From: Psilocybe cubensis
Taxonomy: Eukaryota
Assembly: GCA_017499595.2 (NCBI GenBank)
Contig: CM039000.1
Location: 3,348,001 to 3,412,000, forward strand
Direction: 5' to 3'
DNA: 64,000 nucleotides
How positions within the stretch are numbered: position 1 is the stretch's first letter; each line of letters starts with the position of its first letter. The notes under the pieces were generated by a model. That model saw only the letters and a program-made list of their open reading frames with translations. It was not told the DNA's origin and ran no database searches. The translations under genes were made by a program, and so were the position numbers. Positions 54,402-64,000 of this stretch are shown piece by piece.

Positions 54402-55073
54402 GGTTTTCGGGGATGATTTGGAGAACGACTTTGAATCTAGTATTCGCCGTGGATTTCAATTATCCACTGCTGTCCAGGGCCAACTTTCTTGTGTGATTCG
54501 GGGTCGAAGAGATTTTCAGTAGATTCACGTTCTATTATATCTGTCCAAGGTGCAGCGAGACACTGCGGACGTTTGACGCAGTCTTGAAGTTCTTAGCGCA
54601 CGGATATGGTTTACGAGTCAATAAATTCCAGGATCAAATCTGGTGCTGCATTGATTACACTCGATCTACACGTGACCGGCAACTAATCAAAAGTTTACAT
54701 TTAAGTTGCCGGACTTTACGCTCGACTCTCATCAATTTGAATCAACACGACTCGACATTCGAATTGCACTTTAACAGGGTTGCTGTCCTTCTGAAATTTC
54801 TCAGTGTTGGACTAGACCACGCCAGTTATTTTTTTTTGAAACAACAGTATATCTGGTCGCAGTGGAAGTAAGTTTAAACGTTACGGGGTCGAGTGGGACC
54901 GAGGGCGCTTACACCGACTCGGATTGACAAGACGAACTTCGGGCGACCGATTGACGACCATAGAACTCTGACGTTGCTGGCAAAAGTGCAAGAAGATCTC
55001 AGCATGGGATCACTTCTCTTGGGATAATTTATTCCGATGGCATAGCTGCGTGTGTATGTGATGTGTTGAATTT

Positions 55074-55618
55074 CTATTGAGGAGCAGATACCAGTGCTCG
55101 CAGAGTTTTTCCAATGTCGGAATCATTCTCAGATAGCGCCTTCTCCGCCTGCGCTCGCGTAATCTCAAATTCGTGAACCTAATGGTTTATACAGATCAAT
55201 GCATTAAGTTCAAAGGGTGGTTCGAGCAAGGGGAAGGGATGTGCAGTATGTGAGCAATATGTATGAACGACTTACAATCAAATCGATATCTTCTCGCTTG
55301 AGCGCTGGTGTGTTCGACTCCTTTGCATTTGCTATGGAAGCGGGGGATTTGGCAGCAGGTTTGTCAAGAAATCCTCCGGGACGAAATGCCTCTTCCATCT
55401 TGCCCTTCGAATAAGCAAAGCCATCTGCGTACTGCGAGACCACAAATGTTATATCACGATTATACCAGATGGTGTATTCAGGGTCACATATTACGTAGAG
55501 TAAGGCAGAAGATTGAGTTGTCAGTAGGCAGAACCAATGTCAACTGAAGTAACCAAACCAAGGACGTACGTACGTTCATGATCACTTCTGGCTCAAGCCT
55601 TCCATTTGTACGAGACAT
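55074..55618 (-). CDS. HYPK-like / NAC-alpha UBA-domain small protein
   Basis: Three exons: MSRTNGRLEPEVIMN|YADGFAYSKGKMEEAF...LKREDIDLI|VHEFEITRAQAEKALSENDSDIGKTLRALVSAPQ*. The C-terminus matches the HYPK/NAC UBA pattern (EDIDLIVxEFEIxRxxAEKAL). Confidence 0.75.
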
Positions 55619-55950
55619 GTCACTTCGCGAAATTGAAGAAATATAAGATTCAGATTCTCTGGAAGAATGCGTGAAGTTGCAGTGCAAAGTCAGTTGATGA
55701 TGGAAGTGAGTAAGTATGCAAAGATGTCAAAAGTGAGTGCAAACTGCCTTCGACGGTGATGCACATTGCACACCACAAAAAGTGCTCGGGCCGATCTCAC
55801 CGATCACGCGTCAAGGTCGCTCAAGAACATTTCTTCAAAGTACCATAGTCGTTGCGGCATGATAGCAATACTCCAATATGTATAATGTGCAGAATGTAGT
55901 AAACGATAAGACTAGTTAACTAGTATAAATTCCAAGCGTGTATATATAAC

Positions 55951-58417
55951 TCAAGACGCTTGTTTGGTCAACCCACGCTCAGTCTCCCCGATAGCAGACA
56001 TAAATTTCTCAAAGGTAATATGACCGTCGCAAGTAGCGTGATCAAAACTGGCTACCTTGCGGCGTGCGGCATTGGTTTGCGCTTGCATCCCGTCAATGAA
56101 CATGTTGGACAGTGGCACAACCCATGTGTCCCAGACATCTTTCCACTCTGGGCGGACATCAGCTGCGTATTTTTCGAAGTCGCGCGAATGCAGAGACACT
56201 TTGGCATGATAAGCAGAAATTTCATCGCCCTTGCTCCACCGGTATAAAAGAGATTTCTCCTTTGGAGCGACCCGACGACCGGCCTTGAGATCATACAATA
56301 TCGTGGCCCATATTAAAAAATAGTAGAATGATTCCAGATCGTAGCGATAATGGTGGATGTTTGATGAATCCAGTGGGTTTTGTGGACGAGAAGGTTCTAA
56401 TAGATCGACAGCCATAAAGGGAAGCGTTCCGGTGAGATGATGATGGGGCGTGCTTGCTAGATCAATTCCGCCATCTGGGTTTAATACCGCAGCCATGTCG
56501 AAGTCGTTGAGAATGCCTCTAGCTGCAGGTGGTGGTGGAGAGGAACTGCCCTCCACCTCGACAGATTCCTTGGGGTCGGAGTCATGGTCAGAATTGTCTG
56601 AATCCTTGTTGTCATCCTTGTCTGTAACGCCAGGTTGATAAATCATGAGATTGTTTTCGCTGATATCCCGGTGAATAACCCGTCCAGTATGGTAGGTATG
56701 ATAGTGACCTATAATATAAAATTAGTTACAGAAATGACAGAGTAAATTTGCGAAACGACTTACATTCAAGGCAGTCAAGGAAGATACGCTTGAACTCGTC
56801 GACATCCTTAGCTTGCCAGATGTTCTTGAAGCGATTTGTCACAATAACATGAAGATCTCGATCATTTTTTGAATCGAGGGAGGTTCTGTTCGACTCCTCG
56901 AGGATTCTACGCATAGTGCGTGATGGGAGGCCGAGGTCATCGCCTGATACAGTGGTGTAGAAAACAGGATCAGGAAGATGGTCGATCCAGGCTGGTAGAG
57001 CCTTCCTCAAGTGCTGAATAATGTCGCCTTCGTGTCGTCTTGTGGAATATTGCCAGCTCATTTTAAGAACGTGAAGATTATCCGACAGCACGCCTCCAAC
57101 AGAGCCAAGTTTGCCGACAATAGCGGTCGTGCCGCGACCAATAATTCCCTTATACTGGGAAATGGTTTTGTGAACAGTGAAAACGCGATCGTTCGGGGAT
57201 GTAGGATCAGGAAACTTGTAACATAGTTGAGTGTCGTCGGAGTGTGGTCTAAGTAACGGAGTGACAGATTGCGGTTCGATAAACTGTCCGTTATTAGGAA
57301 GTGTGATTTGGTGCAAATAGGGATCAAAACCTGCTTGCTGCATGTTACATTGACCTAAAGTAAAAAGTACCAGTGCCAGATCAATGGTACCGCTTGGAGT
57401 ACTGAAGTTGAATGCCTCGGTGCACATCACAGCGCTTCGATCATAGTACCAAAGCTTGATAAAGAATCCATCGATAAATATCCCAGTTGTGTAATGCCGA
57501 TTCCCGACAAAAAGGCACTCGAGAGCATATGTCGCAAGCTGCATTTCATCCATGGAGACGTTGATACGAGCCCTCTTTGTTGGCCGGTTATCGTCAGTCA
57601 ATGAACTCGCAGAACGTTTAGATCCTGTATCAACACTTTCAACGGAGGATGCTCGTGAATCCGACGGATTGGTGGGCGTCTGGCGTCTACTGTTCCGTGG
57701 CCTGGTGTTTCTCCTGGGTCGTCTTCCAGTTCCGGTAGTAGAAGTCGATTCAGATCCTCCCGCAGGGTTGAGTTCCTTAGCTTCGGCAGACACCCTATGC
57801 TCCGGAATGGAGGGAAGATCTGGAGAAGTTCGTCTTACCCCATCCTCAATCTTCTTCTTCTTGAATTCAACAGAAGCACGAACATCCCTCCAGGCGGGTT
57901 TGAGGGCATTTGACGGGAGTGGGGACTCGTCTGGATCCAGGGATGGCAAACCGTCTTCGGTAAGAGGAATGTAAACTTCGAGCATATCAGGTTTCCTGAT
58001 TCGAGCTTTGGAGGTATCTTTGTCTTCACTGCGAAAGGTTACCATCCCAGCACCGTCCCAGAAGTATGTAACAAGTTTGCTATGCTCGATGGAAAGTATA
58101 TCGCAAACATCTTTGAGCAGACCCCTAGCCATCTGGCGCAATGGTTCATGAAGGTTTACTTCTTTGAAGTTCTTTCCCGGCGTCAATACGTCTTGATATC
58201 TGGTGAGAGGATCTTGGAGAAGTTGGAGTTTTGCTTCTGTGATCCTTTTCATCGTTGCCAAATCCAACTTCCATACATGCTCGACAAACTCTGCAACTGT
58301 GACTTGGTCGTACGTGTGCCCGTCAAAATCTCTCTTCAGATCTTTCTGCATCAGTTCCGTGGTTGAGAACAATGCAGAGCTTGCGGAGGTAGCCTTCTTA
58401 GGAGTGCGATTGGACAT
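55951..58417 (-). CDS. FunK1-family (Pkinase_fungal) protein kinase, 803 aa, 2 exons
   Basis: Intron 56709-56763. Motifs: QLATYALE, KLWYYDRS, GIIGRGT, VLKMSW, REGDI-like helix C (RRHEGDII), IHRDISENNLM, GILNDFDMA, TGTLPFMAVDLL, HHYRYDLESFYY. Confidence 0.92.
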
Positions 58418-58770
58418 CGATCCACTGGCTGTATATGAATAAGGTCAACTGCGTGGCACTTGAGATGTGAAGGCACTTACAATATGAAGTATCGTTCGAT
58501 GAGTACGATGAAGAGGTTTGAAGGTCGTCGCAGGAGATCATGCTGGAATTATAGGAAAGTTGGTTTGCTTTATAGGAAAAACTGTTCCACCTGCGGGCGA
58601 AAGTAGACAATGGCAAGGTTTAAATCAATTTGTTTCCTAATCAGGATGCGAATGAAAGTGTGAATAGACCAATCGGAGTTTTTGGAAGCGTGGTGGTTCA
58701 AAAAGACAATGGAGTCGGCATGGCCCAAATTAACGCGTTTTGGCCCATCATTTCACGTGATCGCGTTGAC
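58418..58770 (-). promoter_or_regulatory. FunK1 promoter/5'UTR (TATA-like CCTATAAA, probable 5'UTR intron donor GTAAGT), duplicated at about 59724-60160
   Basis: Both copies share the + strand blocks ACTTACAATA, TTTATAGG, AGTAGACAATGG, AATCAGGA.G..AATGAAA, AAAGACAATGGAGT and ACGTGATC in the same order. Confidence 0.5.
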
Positions 58771-59024
58771 AATGATTTCATGGAGTAAGAAAATCGACAC
58801 TAGTCGACACCGCAAGAAACGGAATGCAACGCACACCCAGTCGATCGAATTACAGCACATTGTATCAAGTCCATGCTAGTATCGGAACAAACAGATTGTG
58901 ATATAGATATAGAGGATCATATTCCATACTGGAGGGAACAAGAATACATCATACATAGAGTGTAGTGTGACTAAAGGACTATGGGACTACTTGGTATAAA
59001 TTTCAGGCGCTTACTACAGATTAT

Positions 59025-59723
59025 TCAAGACGCTTGCTTGATAAAACCACGCGGAGTCTCCCCGATTGTAGACATGAACTTTTCGAAGGTTAGATGGCCG
59101 CCGCAAGTAGCGTAGTCAAAATCCTCTATGTTTTCATCTCGAGCGTCATCAAGTGCAATAAATCCGTGTCGGAACACCTTCGACAATGGTCGAACCCATT
59201 TATTCCATATATCTTCCCATTCTGGGCGCATATCAGCTGCACATTTCTGGAAGCCGCACGAATGCAGAGAAAGTTTGGCATGATACACAGAAATTTCATC
59301 GCCCTTGCACCACCGGTATAAAGGAGATCTTTCCTTTGGAGCGACCCGATGACCAGCCTTGAGATCATACAATGTAGTGGCCCATATTAAGAAATAGTAA
59401 AACGATTCGAGATCGTGACGATAATGGTGGATGTTCGATGAATCCGGACGAGAAGGCTCTAATAGATCGACAGCCATGAAGGGAAGCGTTCCGGTGAAGT
59501 GATGGTGGGGAGTGCTTGCTGGATCAATTCCGCTATCTGGGTTTAATACAGCAGCCATATCGAAGTCGTTAAGAATGCCTCTAGCTGCAAGAAACTCTGC
59601 GACGGTGACTTTGTCGTATGTGGGGACGTTAAAGAATCTCTTCAGATCCTTCTGAACTAGCTCCATGGTTGAGAATAACGAAGAGCTTGCGGAGGTAGCC
59701 TTCTTAGGAGTGTAGTTGGACAT
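59025..59723 (-). pseudogene. Internally deleted tandem copy of the FunK1 kinase; open 232-aa frame lacking the N-lobe and catalytic loop
   Basis: Residues 1-44 align with the N-terminus of the 58417 gene and are fused directly to LAARGILNDFD...TGTLPFMA...HYRHDLES...KQAS*. The upstream non-coding DNA is also homologous. Confidence 0.8.
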
Positions 59724-60316
59724 TGATTCACTGACTACAGATAAGTCAGATGAATGGCACTTGAAGCTTGAGCCTGCGAAAGAAACTTACAATACGAGGT
59801 ATCGCTTGATAGATAGGAAGTTACAAAACTGCAGTTGTCGCAAGAGGTCATGTTGAGATTGAGGCGGGATAGGTTAATTTATAGGGCAAACAGTGCCACT
59901 TGAGAAGTTTGCTAAGCGAGTAGACAATGGGAGTGATTAAACCAAATCGGATCGTAAAAAAGATATTCAATCAGGACGAATGAAAATTGTGAATAGGTTT
60001 GAATAAGGCAGGAGATGTTCGATAAAAAAGGGCCTCGATGTCGGGGGTTATATGGTTGGTTTCTGTATGTTGGGAACGAGATGGTCGGAAAGACAATGGA
60101 GTAATCCACGGCCGTAGTCGAAACCGCACTTTAGCCCATCAATAGACGTGATCACGTCGAACGATGAACTTGCCCTTCGATCTCGCTTCGATATAATTGC
60201 CTTGTTTTGTGCGTGTCCACTGTCCACTGATAATGAGGGTTTAGCGATTGTTCCAAGATCAATCGTAAAATTTTCTCTATTTATTCGATATTCAATGCAA
60301 CAACTTACAAGTCAAC

Positions 60317-61788
60317 CTATGTAACCGTAACAATTTCACCTCGTCCATCCTTCAAAATGACAAGCTCGCATTCGATCTTTTCCCCAGTATCCAGACATAC
60401 CACATCTGTTGGATCAATTGAGGTGGTTTTGACCTGCCGTTTTTCGAAAAACGAGCGCCCAAGAACAACGTCGAAATGAGGCTCTTCTGCAAGATATACC
60501 TGTATTGACACAGTTTTTGGCACGATTGTATTGGAGGCTTGTGTATGATGATTGACGTTTTCATGCGCCTGCTTTCCAGTTCCAGTGGCACTGACGCTTC
60601 TGATACTCCCGGCTTTACTGGTCGTAGGCGGAGGTGCCAGCCAATTGTGCAGCGGTAGCGGAGATGCGGACGAACTGGGGGATGCGTGTAGATTTCCCGT
60701 ACGTGTAGATGGGGGTGAAGTGAATGCATCTGGGCGCAAGTAGCCAGGTAAGGGTTGAGTAGACTGAGAAACAGAGGGTATAAGTGTGATAGGCCATTCT
60801 CCAATATTCACTAGGCCTCCGTATCCATAACTTCCGGGTGCGGTGTCGGGTGGAATAAATCCATGTTTAGCAGCGAACTTTCGCGAAATGTAGACATGTC
60901 GATAACCAGACTTGAGCAGCATGCGAACTAGAATAAAGAAAACGTTTTCATGAATATCACTAACGGCAGCTTAAGATTCTCTACACACCGTTTTGCACTG
61001 GACCAATGGATCCCATCACGGTACGCACTCCATTCTCAGAGTGAAATCTTTCGAATTCTTTCTTGAATTTCGCAATGCCGACCTCCTCGTTATCTTCGAT
61101 AGCAGCTTTCCCTTTCTTACTTCTTTTATTTGTAGAAGCTTGGGAGGAAGCGGGAGACCGCCTAGTAGGATGGTGTACGGCGCGCGATGGTTGGAATGCG
61201 TAGTATGCAGGGTTCAAGTAAGCCGGGGGAGCAGGAAGGGGTTTCCGTGGATCGTGTAGGTAGAGGGTTGGGGTTTCAGATACAGTCTTTGGGGGCAAAA
61301 TCTTTGGAGGAGACGGGGGTGCGTGATGAGCGCGAGATGTTGAAGCGACTGGCGGACCCTCGTTATCGGACGTCAGTGCAATTGACTGCTGATCGTCTTG
61401 GATTTGTTGCTGCCGGCGCCATACAAATATCGTGTAGTCCGAATCTGGGGAACAAAGCAATCGTTTAATGCCCTGACGTTGCGATTGCGGTTGCGTAGAG
61501 GTCGCTATTTTCAAGAGGCATATAGCTCACCATCGTCCAAATTCCATATCGCCTCGTTGTATTCGTATTTTAACCATCCAGGACCAACACGTTCGCCATA
61601 ATAATCTGTGGCAGCCTTTCTGCTGAGCTTATTATACAGATCTAGCAAGGTTTCTTGGGTCACTAAACTAAAACAATTAGTACTCAGCCAAGAAACCAAA
61701 ACGCATTTGGCTAACCTGAATGGATGATGGCGAAAGATGACGTCGGCGTATGTATATTGAGCACTGGTGGAGCTTCCGGGACACTCAT
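60317..61788 (-). CDS. Uncharacterised protein: N-terminal PB1/ubiquitin-like domain, disordered linker, C-terminal retropepsin (Ddi1 RVP)-like domain without catalytic Asp
   Basis: Four exons splice in frame: MSVPEAPPVLNIHTPTSSFAIIHS|VTQETLLDLYNKLSRK...WLKYEYNEAIWNLDD|DSDYTIFVWR...VMGSIGPVQN|VRMLLKSGYRHVYISRKFAAKHG...FDVVLGRSFFEKRQV. Confidence 0.75.
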
Positions 61789-62202
61789 TTGCGAGAAATT
61801 AGGTATAGGTGATCAATGGAATAGTGAATGTTTGCGACAAGAGGTCGAAGACGCAACTCCGAATTTCGAGACCTTTTTTTAGACTGTGTCATGAAACAAG
61901 GGGTAATTAACAAGGCGTAAACCTCGATTTGCATTCACAAAACATTTCTAAAGACTTCATTGTACCGTATTTTGGTTTGGATGTAATTCAGGAACCAATG
62001 AAGACACCAAGTATCATACATTCCGATTTATAAGTCAAACTATATCGTACATGAAATAAACAAAAACTGATATTCTCGCGTCTATGATGTGCGGGGATGA
62101 AATCAACCTTGATCCCACACACACAAAAGCGCCGGTTCGAATGATATTGTTTGACGACAATTGACCCATAAAATTACAGAAATACACTCCTTGAAAGGAA
62201 AA

Positions 62203-63253
62203 TCACTTAGGTATATTCTCTCTGGCTTGCTGTTTAATTCTCCTCCTGCGAAAAATTAAATTAGCTTGCTTCCTTGATTTCTTTAATGTCATAAATCTTA
62301 GGATACTTACTCATATGCTTGCTTATCGTTCCTGCGCCGTATAATTATGTTAGAGTCGGGGTGATGAATCAGGGATGAGGGAGCTCACTTGAACATGGTA
62401 TAGGCATCACTTTGTGCAGGGTCATTCACATTGGGGTTATCGAGAAGGTCCTGAATACCGAGAAGAATCTGTCCAATGTGTCAAAAGTGCGATAGCGATT
62501 CTGAAACAAGAATATTACCTGCTTGATGGTAATTGCAGGCTTCCAGGACTTCTCCTCGTCCAGAATTGAAAGACAAACAGTTCCAGAGGGATATACATTA
62601 GGGTGGAAAAGGGGTGGAGTGAATTTACCTATAAAATATAGAAATATTCGTTCAGAAAGGATACATAGATGTTAAATCGATAAACTCACATTTGGGTGGC
62701 TTTGACGGATAATCTAGATAGATAGATATCGAATCATAGAGATCCACACAATAGACATGGGGTGCGTACCTTCCGGGAAGTTCATTACCAGCTTGAACAA
62801 ACCTCCTTCCCAAGCAGTCTATTTCATAACACAAAGTCAGGATAATCGTGATCGACCCAAGGCTGACGCGACGCCCGGAGCACATTTGAGAGTACAACGA
62901 GGCAGAACCGTGAAAACCTACCTTCGATTTCCCCGGGATACCGACTTCCCATTCCATCAGGTTCATTGACCCATCGGGTGCTTTGGCAGGCTTAGCATAA
63001 AAACCCTATATCAAATACGAACAGTAAATATCCGAGTCCTTGAACGTTGTCCATGAGCCTAATCGCATGCCAATTGATATGAAAGCAGGGCAGGAGAAAA
63101 ACTCAGTCGTCGCCGAAAATCAATTTAGGCAACGACTGCCACACCTGAAAGTATGAAGTGAAAGAACTGCAAAGAAAGCCAACTCACAAATGGATGATCC
63201 TTCCTCCACTGCTTGCGCTCTTCAGCGAGACGTGTTCTACAGATACCCGACAT
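62203..63253 (-). CDS. UBC9: SUMO-conjugating enzyme E2 Ubc9
   Basis: [28 protein letters not shown]...[13 protein letters not shown]...WEGGLFKL...|[54 protein letters not shown]...[31 protein letters not shown]. Confidence 0.97.
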
Positions 63254-64000
63254 AACGAACAGTATAGATGGTAAAGATAAAGGATTTGTGGGACTTAGAT
63301 GATATGTGCTCGGCAACCCCTTCAACGACAAACTCACAAACTGACAATATCTTGAGTGCTGAGTCAGCAACCTTCAAAGTAATTACTTCAAAACATCCAC
63401 TTGAAAGCACTGTCGATGCACGTCAAAGTTCTTGTTTGATATTCAAACTTGACTGCCAAGTTTACAAGTTTTGGGACTTTGTCACTGACTTGGGGAAACC
63501 GGAGAATAGTAGAGGACATCTCAAATCATTAACATCACACTCCGCGTGTCTCGCTCGTCCTGCTTCACTGGTCACTCGACATACACACTAGTACCTTCCA
63601 ATTACCGTCATTGAGTGACGGTTCGTGGTCAGATGCATAGTCAAGATGGACACTGTCTATGAGACAATATCGTGAAAAATATAACATGAAAGAATGCATA
63701 GAAGCCCAAGACATGCTCCAATGGGCAGGCGAACTGGTACTTGCATGAAAATCTCCGTGGTTGCCAGACTATGAATATACGCCTCATTCACTTTGAAACC
63801 AGCACTGACAGCGATAAATAGCACCTCGAGAGCACACAGAAGCATCAAAGAACCTCATGGACGACATCAAAATCAAGCATTCGCATGGCTTTGAAATCGA
63901 CACTAGCTTCTCTGATAATGATCTATGCTTTCCAAACGGCCACCTTTGAACTTGCTATTCAAGCGGCAGGAGCTTGAATGAAGGCCGCTTGGAGGAGATT

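Noticed and set aside
55911..55924. 14-bp palindrome ACTAGTTAACTAGT; also a small hairpin at 63957-63979
   Set aside because: Isolated and short; palindromes of this size are expected by chance in 64 kb.
56530..58285. Idea that the mini-FunK1 is a retrocopy or that the missing segment was spliced out as an intron
   Set aside because: The segment begins with GT but does not end in AG at the junction, and the short copy keeps the promoter and 5'UTR intron donor. This points to DNA-level duplication followed by deletion.

Overview
Eukaryotic, intron-rich fungal DNA. Short ~50-60 nt introns and a FunK1-type kinase point to an Agaricomycete (mushroom-forming basidiomycete); the species cannot be told from the sequence. 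About 20 protein-coding genes can be reconstructed by hand-splicing: a Fus1-like TM-SH3 protein, two tandem SLC46-like MFS transporters, GMF/Aim7, a Gly-rich single-pass membrane protein, DTD1, cyclophilin PPIL1, a Cdc4-like F-box/WD40 protein, a Zn2Cys6 transcription factor, a GPI-type secreted protein, a Pro/His-rich protein, a tandem PWWP-like protein, apyrase Ynd1, Mdm12, Elp3, a HYPK-like protein, a FunK1 kinase with an internally deleted tandem copy, a PB1-like/pseudo-retropepsin protein and Ubc9. No rRNA, tRNA, CRISPR array, intact transposon or biosynthetic cluster was recognised. The most notable items are the kinase plus in-frame mini-pseudokinase pair, the PB1 plus catalytically dead Ddi1-like protease next to UBC9, an Arg7Cys change in DTD1, hairpin-bearing enlarged introns (both MFS paralogs, UBC9) and two obligatory GC-AG introns. 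All family calls come from motif recognition by eye, not from database searches.
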